DNA from: Antedon mediterranea
Lineage: Eukaryota > Animalia > Echinodermata
Assembly (NCBI RefSeq): GCF_964355755.1
Contig: NC_092678.1
Location: 19,423,365 to 19,487,364 of the forward strand
Direction of reading: 5' to 3'
Length of the DNA stretch: 64,000 bases
The position numbers and the translations under genes were made by a program. The notes under the pieces were generated by a model. The model worked only from the letters and a program-made list of their open reading frames with translations. It had not been told where the DNA came from and did no database searches. Below are positions 11,411-25,000 of the stretch, piece after piece. Within the stretch, counting starts at the first letter, position 1; each line of letters opens with the position of its first letter.

Positions 11411-13407
11411 GGGATTACGGTCGAAGCGGCCGCCAACTAAAGCGGCCGCTAGTTCAATAACGGTAATCTGTATGGAACGCCGTGTGCGCTTTGATTGTCG
11501 TTGTTTTGTAATCTTTGATTGTCATTGTTTCGACAGGTTTTCTTTACCTCGGACGTAAATAACAATCTACATTATTATGTAACTTATTCTCTTTTTTTTT
11601 ACAGATTGAATGTGATACGCGTACGTTCTTTTAAACGAAATGGCGAATCGATGATTACTTATTTTAACTGTTCTAAATGATATGTTTAATAAAGTCTATA
11701 AAATACATTGTGGTGTTTATATTGTATATTATTATTAATATAATATAATAATAAGCCAATTATTAAGAATTATATATAAATAAACCAATCAATAAAGTAT
11801 ATCAAAATATATAAATATATTAATAATTAAAAATATTTGTTATTTTATATTAATTAATTAGTAAAGTAACTAGTAGTGTTCGCAATCATAATTTAATTAC
11901 AATAACATGATGACAGCAATTTATTTAATATTCTACACTATTTTATTACTTCAGATATTTAAATATTGATCAATTGAAAATGAGTTTTAAATACTAAAAT
12001 AAGATGAAAGTGTCTGTTTGATACGGTAATTAATTACGCGAATTTCTTCTAATAACTCGACTGACGGCCAGCAATAGTGCTGCTGCACATTTGGTGCGCG
12101 TCTGTAAAGATTCAATAGTATGTAAATGAGATATAAAGATTCGGCAATACCGTACGTAAATTATTAATGCAATACTGTATAAAGATTCGATAGTATGTAA
12201 AAATGAGATATAAAGATTCGGCAATACCGTACGTAAATTATTATTGCAATACTGTATAAAGATTCAATAGTATGTAAACGAGATATAAAGATTTGGCAAT
12301 ACCGTATACGTAAATTATTAATGCAATACTGTATAAAGATTCGATAGTATATAAACGAGATATAAATATTCGGCAATACCGTATGTAAATTATTATTGCA
12401 ATACTGTATAAAGATTCAATAGTATGTAAATGAGATATAAAGATTCGGCAATACCGTACGTAAATTATTAATGCAATACTGTATAAAATTCGATAGTATG
12501 TAAATGAGATATTAATATTCGGCAATACCGTACGTAAATTATTATTGCAATACTGTATAAAATTCGATAGTTAAATGTAAATGAGATATAAATATTCGGC
12601 AATACCGTACGTAAATTATTATTGCAATACTGTATAAAGATTCAATAGTATGTAAACGAGATATAAAGATTTGGCAATACCGTATACGTAAATTATTAAT
12701 GCAATACTGTATAAAGATTCGATAGTATATAAACGAGATATAAATATTCGGCAATACCGTATGTAAATTATTATTGCAATACTGTATAAAGATTCAATAG
12801 TATGTAAATGAGATATAAAGATTCGGCAATACCGTACGTAAATTATTAATGCAATACTGTATAAAATTCGATAGTATGTAAATGAGATATTAATATTCGG
12901 CAATACCGTACGTAAATTATTATTGCAATACTGTATAAAATTCGATAGTTAAATGTAAATGAGATATAAATATTCGGCAATACCGTACGTAAATTATTAT
13001 TGCAATACTGTATAAAATTTGATAGTTTAGTTAAATGTAAATGAGATATAAATATTCGGCAATACCGTATGTAAATTATTATTGCAAGACTGTATAAAAT
13101 TTGATAGTATGTAAACGAGATATAAATATTCGGCAATACCGTATACGTAAATTATTATTGCAATACTACTGTATAAGGATCCAATAGTATGTAAACGAGA
13201 TATAAAGATTCGGCAAAATATATTTCGATAGAGGCCTATGTATTAGTTAATAGTAAATACAAATAAAATATACATTGATTTATCAGCAAGCAGGCAAACT
13301 TAAATCAACAATCACAATCAAAGATTAAAGCGCACATGGCGTTCCATACAAATGACGATATTAAACTGGCGGCCGCTTTGGTTGGCGGCCGCTTCGACCA
13401 TACTCCC
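11411..13407. mobile_element. MULE-like non-autonomous element with long TIRs, carrying an internal minisatellite
   Basis: ~100-bp imperfect TIRs (GGGATTACGGTCGAAGCGGCCGCCAAC... / ...GTTGGCGGCCGCTTCGACCATACTCCC); TSD degenerate. Confidence 0.65.
12100..13216. repeat. Minisatellite, ~62-67-bp monomer with a 378-bp higher-order repeat
   Basis: Monomer GATTCGGCAATACCGTACGTAAATTATTATTGCAATACTGTATAAAGATTCAATAGTATGTAAATGAGATATAAA-like; the ORF track shows repeated peptides offset by 378 bp. Confidence 0.95.
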
Positions 13408-13644
13408 CTCTCCCTACTACTAGCCCTACCTAGCTAGGCCTAGTAGTAGGCTAGGCTTATTGGAGGCTAGATTGTCGCGCACCATACAAATACCAAAATA
13501 AATAAACCAATATTATTATTATTTAGGCTAGGCCTAGCTAGACCTGATGATAGGCCTACCCTAGGCCTAGATCATTTAACTACCTACGGTACTACGTATA
13601 TGGAGTTTGTCTTTCTTCTTGACCAGAATGTTTTTCTTTGATTC

Positions 13645-13830
13645 ATATGTGGGGCGGGTGTATTTCAGATTGGACGTCAGTGGGAGCGGTATAGAAGGCC
13701 GGCCGGAAGCAAAGATAGTTATCTTAAAATAAAATCACATGCGATGCGCGTCGAATGATCAGCAGGGAGAGGAGGAGAGAGTGTAGTGGTGGAGGAGGGA
13801 GAGAGTAGCACATGCTCGCAATTTGAATTT
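13645..13830. promoter_or_regulatory. Putative (possibly bidirectional) promoter between the Roco-like gene and ACY1
   Basis: GC box GGGGCGGG (~13650), ATTGG (~13669), GACGTCA (~13674), CCGGAAG (~13703), CpG-rich. Candidate donors: GTATGT at 13832 (+) and GTAGGT at ~13587 (-). Confidence 0.45.
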
Positions 13831-13875
13831 GGTATGTTTTATATACCTGACCTCTGACCTGCATCATGCAAGAAA

Positions 13876-14806
13876 GGTGACTACTTCTTTGCATGCAGCT
13901 AAAGTAAAATGACGTCACGTTAAAGCGTGTCGTCACAGAGTCTCATGCATATGCAAAAGGTATGTTTGTCTCTGCTTGTACCAATAAGCGCGTAGCGGCG
14001 CTATACAATCTTTGATTTTACAAAATGTTTTCAGTGATAAATGATGGTGCGATCTGCGATCGGTGGTACGGAAAATAAAATTATTCCGATATTGTTCCTG
14101 ATAACAAAGAAGCAGATTAAATATAGTTGTTTATTTGACCCATTTGGCTTAGATGCCTATGCCTAGAAAGATTTTCTATGATACTACCTACTCACTAGCG
14201 GCCTAACTAAAGTAAAATACAGTATATTTGAGTAGTAGTTTATTAGTACACTACACACTATCAGGCCATCCATATCCTCCTTCATCGTTACCGCGTGGCA
14301 TCGTGCAGATGTACACTAACCCAGCACGTGCAGATGTACACTAACCCAGCATAATGCTGGGTTAGTGTACATCTGCACGATGCCACGGCTAACTACACTT
14401 CCCACCCACCCTTCCTAGAGGTATGCACTGCGCTACCACTAGGCCTAGCCTATTTCGGATCTCATGTCTTGCAACATCTGAAAATACATAATGTACTAAT
14501 AGTAATACTGTACATTATTGTTATTATTTTTTATTCGCACTGGAAGTATCTAGGCTTTCCTGTTATGTTAAAATTAAATATATTATTTATTATCCTCAGC
14601 AGTGAAAACAATTATATTATAATTATATATGCCGTGATTTTAATTGTTAAAAATATGATCGTCAGTCGATGGCTCCGGAGTTTCGATAAATCTCGCGTCG
14701 CGCGTGGTGGAAAACACGCTCAGCAAGTTTGCTTCATTAATATGCATGACGACCCACTTTAACGTGACGTCATTTTACTTTAGCTGCATGCGAAGAAGTA
14801 GTCACC
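13876..14806. mobile_element. MULE/Mutator-like non-autonomous element, 9-bp TSD
   Basis: ~60-bp TIR GGTGACTACTTCTT.GCATGCAGCTAAAGTAAAATGACGTCACGTTAAAG; perfect TGCAAGAAA duplication at 13867-13875 and 14807-14815. Confidence 0.85.
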
Positions 14807-14836
14807 TGCAAGAAAGAAGCATGCAAGCAAAGATAT

Positions 14837-16042
14837 CACAAGAATGAGTAATCCGCGATTTTTGCATGAGAAATTTGTAACAGAGAGCTCCAGTGAGTGA
14901 TGCCCGCCCTCATAAGGGCGGATGTATACATACTAAATAAGACTTGATTTAATAGACATGATACATGTCACATTAAAGATTCAAGATTCAAGATTCAAGA
15001 AATTTTATTTGCCCATAAAAATGGAAATTCACTTTGCTTGGTAGATTAAAACAACAATATTGCAACAATTTAAAAACGTGCAGTATTATAACAGATTAAA
15101 AATACAAGATAAAAAGTTAAAAATACTGTTAAAAATGTAAAACTATTAAAAATTGCATTAACGTCTTACATTAGAATTAAAAATATGAATGCTATTTACA
15201 ACGAAGGATTTTCTAGTTCTACAAAGATTTGCTCTTGGAGGTCGTAGCCTAATGCCTGATCTATTTAAGTTATAACAGTAATGTAACGGATGAGTGGGGT
15301 CTTTCATAATATTGTTTACTTTTTTTAGAATACTCTTTTCATAGATAAATGAACAAGGCGTAAGATCAGCTTTAAATAAAATTATGATGATAGTTTTTGC
15401 AATTGTAAACTATTTTATAATACATATTTATTAACAAACTAGTGTTTATTCACTTTTACAGACAATTATTTACTAACATGCTAAGTTAGTTCACAAAAAA
15501 GGCCTAACACAGCAACACCAAAAATCAACGAATATTACTCAGCACGGCCTATTCTTTACCATTGCCGTGTACTACTGTACGCTCGGTAAATTAAGTATTG
15601 TTTTAGGATATAAATTAGTATAAAACACATGTTATTAATAGGAGAAAATGTTAAATGTCATTAACATTTATTTGTTTTACCAGAAACAAGTAAAATATAG
15701 GAATATTATTAAACTATCCTTCGTGAAAACGCGTAAACACCAACACGCCCGGTCACGCTATCGTAGCGCCCGGTTGATAAATCAAACTGTTTATACGGCA
15801 GTTTTTACTAAATAAATTGCATAAAACGAACAATTAAATATTCAAATAGTATTTAACATGATGTTGGCATGTAGTTGATAACAATTTTATCATCGGAAAA
15901 TACTCCGGTGGTCCAGCATTTGATTATTGAAACCTTCACAAAAAGTTGTATACATCCCAGATACATCCACACTTATGGCGGCGCCCTACCACATGGACAA
16001 TATTACTGTTACAGGGAAAATCGCGGATTACTCATTCTTGTG
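14837..16042. mobile_element. CAC...GTG TIR element (CMC/Chapaev-like), ATAT flanks
   Basis: Perfect TIR CACAAGAATGAGTAATCCGCGATTTT / AAAATCGCGGATTACTCATTCTTGTG; ATAT on both sides. Confidence 0.75.
14979..15370 (-). mobile_element. 3' end of a Rex1/Babar-like non-LTR retrotransposon, nested in the CAC...GTG element
   Basis: Minus-strand translation ...SILKKVNNIMKDPTHPLHYCYNLNRSGIRLRPPRANLCRTRKSFVVNSIHIFN*, then an AT-rich 3' UTR and a (TCTTGAA)n tail. Confidence 0.65.
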
Positions 16043-16096
16043 ATATATATTCTTTGATGCAAGGCTTTATGTGCTGCGGCTGCATGTCTGTAGAAA

Positions 16097-19000
16097 ATGA
16101 ATAATCAACGACGGAGGATCGCGGATCATACACATGTTGTTACAAAGAAAGTTAAGACAGAAGAAGCTTCTGTAACAAATTTTAGAGAAGTGCTCCGTCT
16201 TAAAACTGTTCAACCAGAACCAGACTATGGTAGGCCCTATTATAGCCTTGCCCTTTATAGGCCTATATAGGGGATCCAGTCAAGTCGCCCCATCGCAAAG
16301 TCGCCCCATACAAAGTCGCCCAATACAAAGTCGCCCCATCGCAAAGTCGCCCCAAAACAAAGTCGCCCCGGCACAGTCGCCCCATCGCAAAGTCGCCCCA
16401 TTACAAAGTCGCCCCATCGCAAATTCGCCCCATCGCAAAGTCGCCCCAACGCAAAGTCGCCCCATCGCAAAGTCGCCCACGGTTTTAATCATATTGGTTG
16501 CGTTTGATATCGATTGCGTTGTTACTTTGGTCGCGCTAATGTCGTATACAGTATAATGTTTATCCTATATACATAATTTGTGTTTTAATTTTTATTTTAC
16601 AGGTTTTAATGGAGTGATGTGCTTTTTAAAAATCATTAAAAAAATAGTCCCTTGTTTGAAAGTTCTAAAAAGATTATCCCTGATTTATAGTTTCGAAAAT
16701 GTTAATTTAATATGATTTTAAAATTAGTTACCAGAGCCACAATTACGAATCTTTCTTCAACCTACGCGTGGATACCAGCAAATTTTTTAGGATAATATAA
16801 TAAATGTATAAATGTGTAGTAGCCTAGGCCTTCCTATAGATTTACAGTAGTTAAAACAATAACAGTGTTGTAAGACAATGAGTGTTATAGGCTACTTATT
16901 GATCATTTTGCATTTATTGACAAGTTATGTGTCTTAATTATTTTTATAATGACTTTTCAAAATAAAGAAATAAAAAAAAAACGGATTTCATCGCCGATAT
17001 GATTGTTTTACTTGCAGGTATTTTAGTAAAATTAAAACGCTACATTTTGACCATGGAAAAACCATCGTACAGTATCGTGTGCGTGTTTTTTAAAAAGGGG
17101 AATCCCCGACGGTCAGCAGAAAGACGTAGCAGCTGTGAGGAAACAGATACCAGAAGGCGCAGCTCCGATTGGTTTCAGAGAATGTTTCAGATGGCGAGTC
17201 GCCTTTTATTCAACAGCACAATGATCATTTTACTGAAGAAATTCTTTTCTACTAGTTAGGCCTAGCCTAGTAGTAGTAGTAGGGCCTAGGCCCTAGGTTT
17301 CCTTTTTTTTAGTTAAAAAAGTAGGCCTAGGCCTAGGTAGACTAGTTAGGCCTAGATTGCGATGGGGCGACTTTGCAATGGGGCGACTGTGTCGGGGCGA
17401 CTTTGTTTTGGGGCGACTTTGCGATGGGGCGACTGTGTACCACGGATGCTAGTCAAGTCGCCCCATCGCAAAGTCGCCCCATACAAAGTCGCCCCTTACA
17501 CAGTCGCCCCATCGCAAAGTCGCCCCAAAACAAAGTCGCCCCATCGCACAGTCGCCCCATCGCACAGTCGCCCCAACGCAAAGTCGCCCCATCGCAAAGT
17601 CGCCCCATCACAAATTCGCCCTATCTCAAAGTCGCCCCAAAACGTTAAAAAATAGTTTACAAGTGCGTAAAATTTCGCAATGATGCACAAAATGACACGG
17701 AACGTGTAGTCTCAGGTCACACGATCGGCACACACCCCCATCATCAGAGAGGAAACACCGACTAATCACTCCGCGGTCGCACTAATGTGCTAGCTTACCA
17801 GAGGGAAACCCCCGTAATTACTCCGCCGTTGTCGCACTACAACGCACCATCTGAAGATGGGGAAACCCCGCCGGAGTTTTACGATGATATCAGTCACGTT
17901 CGAAATCGGTCGCGTTTAATTTTGGTCGTGATAAAATGATGTTATACGATCTAGATTATTTTTACTTTGGTCGATGAATAATTATTATTATTATTAGGCC
18001 TATATTAATAACTGATTTTTGTTTTTATTTTACAGGTCAGTATGATGAGAAAGATGTGTGCCTTAAAAAATTACAATTTGTAAACATAGTTTAAGATTAT
18101 AGTATTATCCAGGAGCATAATGTCATTTAACAGTACATAATTATTTAAATGTGAAATATTTTATAGGAAACGTAGGCTGCGTCTGTGTCTTTTATTTTAT
18201 ATGCAACAAATTACGTAAAACAATTTATTTATAAACATTCAGTTTACTATTATATACATAGTATTACAATGAACATTGATTGTAAGCCTGGAAAGGCAAT
18301 CCCATCATTATATCCATTATACAATTGCATCATATCACCACTATATGTCGTAAATGATGACGTGCGTGTGTGTATTCGTCGTACGTCCGTGTTACGTATT
18401 ATCCGTGCCTCTTCACTGTCTTGTTTAATTTAAAATTAAATAAACACCCGATATGAGGATATTTATTAGGCATGATAATTAGAATGTTCTATAACCAAAA
18501 GAATTTCTTCAGTAAAATGATCATTGTGCTGTTGAATAAAAGGCGACTTGCCATCTGAAACATTCTCTGAAACCAATCGGAGCTGCGCCTTCTGCTATCT
18601 GTTTCCTCACAGCTGCTACGTCTTTCTGCTGACCGTCGGGGATTCCCCTTTTTAAAAAACACGCACACGATACTGTACAATGGTTTTTCCATGGTCAAAA
18701 TGTAGCGTTTTAAATTTTACTAAAATACTTGCATGTAAAACAATCATATCGGCGATGAAATCCTTTTTTTTTTTTATTTCTTCATTTTGAGTTATTATAA
18801 AATTAAGAAACATAACTTGTCAATAAATGCAAAATGATCAATAAGTAGCCTATAATACACTCATATTCTTACAACACTGTTATTGTTTTAACTACTGTAA
18901 ATCTATACAAAGGCATACTACTGTACACATTTATACATTTATTATTATTATATATTATCCTAAAAAATGAGCTGGTATCCACGCGTAGGTTGAAGAAAGA

Positions 19001-22000
19001 TTCGTAATTGTGGCTCTGGTAACTAATTTTAAAATCATATTAAATTAACATTTTCGAAACTATAAATCAGGGATAATCTTTTTAGAACTTTGAAACAATA
19101 ACAAAGGGACTATTTTTTAATGATTTTTAAAAAGCACATCACTCCATTAAAACCTGTAAAATAAAAATTAAAACACAAATTATGTATATAATAGGATAAA
19201 CATTATAATGTAGGCCTATACGACATTTAGCGCGACCAAAGTAAACAACGCAATCGATATCAAACGCAACCGATATGATTAAAACAGCATACTACTAGCG
19301 GCGGCGCTTCATAATCATACCGAAATAAAACCGTGGGCGACTTTGCGATGGGGCGACTTTGCGTTGGGGCGACTTTGCGTTGGAGCGACTTTGTAATGGG
19401 GCAACTTTGCGATGGGGCGACTGCGATGGGGCGACTTTGTATTGGGCGACTTTGTATGGGGCGACTTTGCGATGGGGCGACTTGACTGGATCCCGGTACC
19501 ACTAGGCCTACTGCGTATTCGGCCTACTACTAGCCTGGCCCTAGACAGACTAGGCTAGGCTACGTCTAACTAAAACGGTTAATAATAACTAACTCTATTC
19601 TATATGACAAGATGACTGGGCCAGACCTAGGTCGGTTTAAGAGATAATCGCAAACTGTGCCGTGCGAAAGGGCAGGAAGGAGTCACGGATAATTTAGGCC
19701 GGTGTACACTGTCTCAATATTTGCACGCGAAGCGACAAGATTCTATTCAAAGCAAGTCACATGAACTTGAAAAGTTGCGCAAGCAAGGAGCAACTCAAGT
19801 GAATTCAAGCCCGAAGACTTCACAGGCCCCGAAATCTCTGCGCTGAAGTTAAAAATCGACTGAAGGCTATATCGTCAACTCCAATGCATTTGAATCGCAA
19901 AACGCGTCCATCTATGTCAATCAGACATGCAAATTTCGCTAGGCATACGATGTGTATTCATAATGATATCCATAATGCCTCAAATATGTTTTCTTTTCTG
20001 TTGTATGCTGATGACACAACCCTTATTTACACTGATAAAAATATAGATTCCCTTTTTAAAATATCAACCGAAAATCTACCCAAAATTTTAACATACTTTT
20101 CTGCAAACAAACTTTCTGTTAATCTAAAGAAGTGCTGTTGTATGGTGTTCAAAAATTCACAAATACCACTAAATACTAGTACTTTTAAACTAAAAATTAA
20201 AGATCAATTAATACCTATTGTTGAGAAAACTAAATTTCTTGGTGTTTATCTGGACTGTAAGCTAAATTGGAAACATCAGATTACTCAAGTCGAAAACAAA
20301 ATATCCAAAAGTTCTGGTATCATATATAGATTATCATCTTTCATCCCTCAAAACATACTCCGGATTCTTTACTGTTCACTAATCCTCCCTTACCTCACTT
20401 ACTGTAATATTATTTGGGGTAATACATACCCGTCCTACTTAAACAAACTGTTATTGATCCAAAAGAAAACCGTAAGATACATAGCAAATGCTCCTCCTTT
20501 ATCCCATTCCAATCCTTTATTTTCTTCATTTGGTCTTCTTAAAATTCAGGATATTAACCATCTTCAACAAAGTGTTTTCCTCTATTCATGGCTAAACTCG
20601 ATCCTGCCATCACACTTTGATGATTTATTTAGTTTCAATCTTAATTTTCATAACCACAGTACTCGGAGCGCAAATCAAATACGTATTCCTTTTTTCAAAA
20701 CTACTTCTTTTAAACATAGCATTAAGTTCACTGGTCCTAAACTTTGGGATAACGTACCAGTTAATATAAAAAGTGCTTTGTCTAAGAAGAGTTTTTCTTT
20801 TAAATTGAAACGGCACCTCTTATCTAGTTATGTTTAATTATCCTTTCACTCATTGTAGTTTTAATATTTAGTCTTTTCGGTACCCTGAATCTAAAAGTCT
20901 TCATTACTGTTTTTGTCCTGTTTCCGGTTCCCGTGTTGTCCTGTTTTTTTTTTTCATTTTCTATGGGCTGCCTTATTCAAGCTCTGCTTTTAGGAATGTT
21001 GCCCCTCTTATTTTAATAATTTTTACTGTTAATTTTTATTTTCTATGAAAGACAAGAGAAATAAATGTTTCTTTGATTGATTGATTGATTGATTCTTTCG
21101 GGCGCCAGGGAGCTAAGAGTCGAAAAAGCGTAATCACTGCTCTCGTGTATTCTCAAACCATTCTCGCATACAAATTGTCATAATTTGTTTCTCTATAAAG
21201 TATTAATATTATTTCCATTGTCATTCCCGAAATAGCTACGGTATCTAACAAATATGTATATATACATTTAAACTAAATATTTGTCTTGTTTTTTTTATTG
21301 TTTCTTCACAAAATAGCATGAATTAATAATAATCTGTTTAAAAATTGTCGATGAAGCCCAGAGGCCATCTTGTAGAAAACTTCTCCACATAAATATTCAC
21401 ATTCACTTCCACCACAGTACGCCCTCTAGCCTTTTGCTTAATATTATCTCTATGAGTTTACCGGAAGTACAACTGTTGAACATCATTATATTTAAATAAT
21501 TACCAGAAGTATCAAAGTCTATTATAAATGACTTGGTACACTGTCTGGTTATACAGTAGGTAATTATATTATAAATAATGACCTTACAGTATGCTTCTGG
21601 TTGAGTAACCTTTATAACATATAGTTATACTTCCAGTGTTTTTATATTATTTATATAATGACTACTGTACTTCTGGTATATAACCCCAGTGTCATGTAAT
21701 ATAACATAAAATATGTATTTATTATGTTCTAATTTTATTACTGTTTTTTTTTTTTTTTAGATGGAGCAGTTAAATTTCTACAACGTATGGCTGGTGAACT
21801 TCAACTTCCATGCAAAGTAATTGAGGTACGGTATTCCAAGACTTCCAACAATTCGTGTCCTGAGAAAACTCTATTAATTAATATATGTATTAACTATTAT
21901 ATTACACACCTAAATTCTTGCCATTTGATTGGAAGTTTGTGGGTCACATGATATTCTTACATCATGAATAGTGCAATTTTTCAGTATACTGTATGCGCAA

Positions 22001-25000
22001 TGCTATTATAATATGTGGTTCTTCTTTCTTGTTACACAGTGAGCAGCCAGAATGCGCGACATGATGAGGCTAGACTGTTGACTATGTGTTCAAAAATCAA
22101 CCTGTAATATCATGCCGTCTATAATAGGCATTTATGTCCAAATTGGATTGCTGTTTTCTCGCATGGTTTAATTAAGCATTGGTCTAGCCTCGCCTTAAAA
22201 AAATATGTGTTGTATAAAACATATAATGAATGTTTTATATTCGTGCAATGGTACATTTTTTTGTAATTATATATGTTATGAAACTAATAACATTTGGTGA
22301 ATGATGAAATTATTCTATTTTCACCTCATGAAATTATTTGTACCATTGCACTCATAAATATTCTATTTATTTTTTTTACTAATTGTATATTTCATACATA
22401 TTTTCTATGTTTACAGGTTCATCCAGGTAGAGAGGTCGTTGTTATAACATGGGAGGGCACAGATCCATCGCTTAAAAGTGTGGTTTTAAACTCGCATACA
22501 GATGTTGTCCCAGTGTATCCAGTAAGCGTAATTAAATTTGTTCATTAATCTCAGAATTTTACTAATTAAAGTATACTTGCTTTGTTTTTGATTTAGCTGA
22601 AGTTATCGTCCTGAATGTTTGGGTAAGAACATGCCTATTGATTTTCAGCAAAATTGATATATTGGTCATGTCTCAAATACTTATTAAAATTTGACTACCT
22701 GTATCTTCCATATGAGATATTAAATAGCACGCCCTCTGTTTTTATTTAACATGGACTGAAATATTAAGTAGTGAGCCCTCTCTCTCCAGATATAGTTTTC
22801 CCTGATATTATTTTGACAAGTACTCAGTTTCTGAGTGCTTTTATTTAATTTAGTGGTCAATGATATTATTTTATTTTGTATATAGGAAAGCTGGATGTGT
22901 GATGCATTTGAGGGTAAAAAGATGGACAATGGGGATATATATGGACGGGGTACTCAGGTATTGCATAAACAAATCTATCTCACATTAATTGATTTAGATT
23001 TATATGTATATTGTGCTTTATACAATTACATTTTATAATTACATCGATAATTGTCTCAAAGTGCTGTGGACTAGATATTCTGCATACAACCACTTTCACC
23101 TCTGGGGAGAACTAATCTACTGTACTATTCTGAAAGATGTACTAGCATTGTGACATGGCCCTCTAACAAATTCCCATGATGTCAGACACCTCACAAACGT
23201 TACCCTCTCAACACTGTCCAAGAGCACTTCAACACAAACCATAAACTCATTTATTTATAGCATAACTTCCAACGTGCCCATACACAGTTGTTTAATAATT
23301 CACCAAAATGTCAATTTAGTAACATAAACTGTGTTTACACTACTACTGCTTATCATGTGTCTACTGTGTTGCATCGCACCCACCCTAGTAGTTCCGTTTA
23401 CTCTGTCCACATGAGCCAGATGTGTACACTGGACCTCAAGTTATATTTATGTCCGTACCTGTAAATACTCTTTAAACATTTGCTGATTTTATAGCCATGA
23501 TTTTGAGATTCACCTCACAATGTGTTGCATTGCATACAATTGACAAGATTTTTATGTTTTTTTTTGCTTGTAGGATATGAAATCAGTTTTGATTCAGTAA
23601 GTATAGCTATTTAAATTATCGTTTATATTTGTATTTTTTTTGTGTACAATATACAGTAGTACAGTATATGTGACTCAGTAATAACATTTCAGCTGAGTTT
23701 TGTGCCTGCATTTGTGTGCTTATTATTTTGCTTATCCTGGTAACAGTTATAAGTCCTTGGTAGTACCTCCTAAAGTTCTGTCTACACTATTAAAAAAGTG
23801 TGACATGCCCAAATATGGTAGTGATATGCTTAAATATGGTAGTGATATGACATCATGCCCATATGGGCACATCACATTTTTTTGTCGCATAAATTAAAGT
23901 TTGATAGTGTAGACAGAGCTTTGGTCTTCACATTTTCAAAAGATCTTATTTATTTGTTTGACATTTTTCATGTTATATAGATATATAGAAGCTATTCGCA
24001 ATCTAAAAAGTTCTGGGAAAAAATTTCGCAGGACAATCCATATGACCTTTGTGCCTGGTAAGCTATGACAAAATGTCAACTTTATTAGTGAATTTCTACG
24101 TTTTATGAAATAAGCAATTAACAAACGAATGTATTTTGCACTTTCAGATGAGGAAATTGGCGGAGTCCATGGAATGGATGATTTTATGAAACTAGACGAT
24201 TTCAAGGAACTCAATTTAGGATTTGCTTTGGATGAAGGTGAATATAGGAAATCCACATCCCCCCCCCCACCCTTCTTGGGACATCCCTATTAAAGGGACA
24301 CTTTATCACAAAACGAGTGTGCAATACACCCTAGTCAGAGGACGCCCCTATTAAAGATGTGCAAAATAGTTGATTCAACCCCTATTAAGGGGACCATATT
24401 ATTTTTCCATCACAAAAAATAATAGTAATTATATTCATTTATATCGTTTATAATAATTTTAAAAAAATGGGTTATCATAATACTTATAATATATATATTA
24501 TGTCATATGCTATGACAGCATTCTATATTTTCAATTTTCAATTTCTCGAGTCCAGAACAATTACTGTTTATTTAGTTGTATTTGTTTGTTGTTTAGCAGT
24601 GACACCCTATTATGTGTATACTTTATGTGTCCCCTTAATTGAGGTTTTACTGTAGTTAATTGCTATTATTATTCAAATAATTTGTATATGTTTTTAGGAC
24701 TTGCGAATCCCACTGATGCGTTTACTGTGTTCTACGGGGAGAGAAATCCATGGTGTAAGTTTGATTTGCTTAGTGGCTGCTTTAGTATTTATTAGTGGAC
24801 ATTTCGCAATCTTAACATGAATAATTAAAAAAAAACGTATGTCCTAAGCACCTTTACTTGTGCTGTCTCTTGCTTTTGGAATGACCTACCCGCCTCTATT
24901 AGATCATGTTCTTCTACTATCGCCTTTAAATCTGCCTTGAATACTCATCTTTTTCTTTCAAATTGAAACTCTCTCTCGCGCCTTTGATCACTTACTGCTG

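Noticed and set aside
12030-13136. Repeated Ile/Tyr-rich ORFs and CRISPR-like periodicity
   Set aside because: Pure tandem minisatellite with no unique spacers and no cas genes, in a eukaryotic context.
16227-19502. ORFs such as [10 protein letters not shown] / [10 protein letters not shown]
   Set aside because: Translations of the GTCGCCCC subterminal repeats; open in several frames on both strands, with no protein signal.
19884-19955. N-terminus of the 317-aa ORF as a host gene or domesticated RT
   Set aside because: The ATG lies in unrelated flanking DNA; RT similarity starts just before YADD, typical of a 5'-truncated LINE.
21440-21460. Isolated ATCTCTATG / CATAGAGAT half-ends (also ~30410, and CAGTGAATAGT at ~41655)
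   Set aside because: They match the termini of the short palindromes, but I found no partner end or TSD, so they are not counted.
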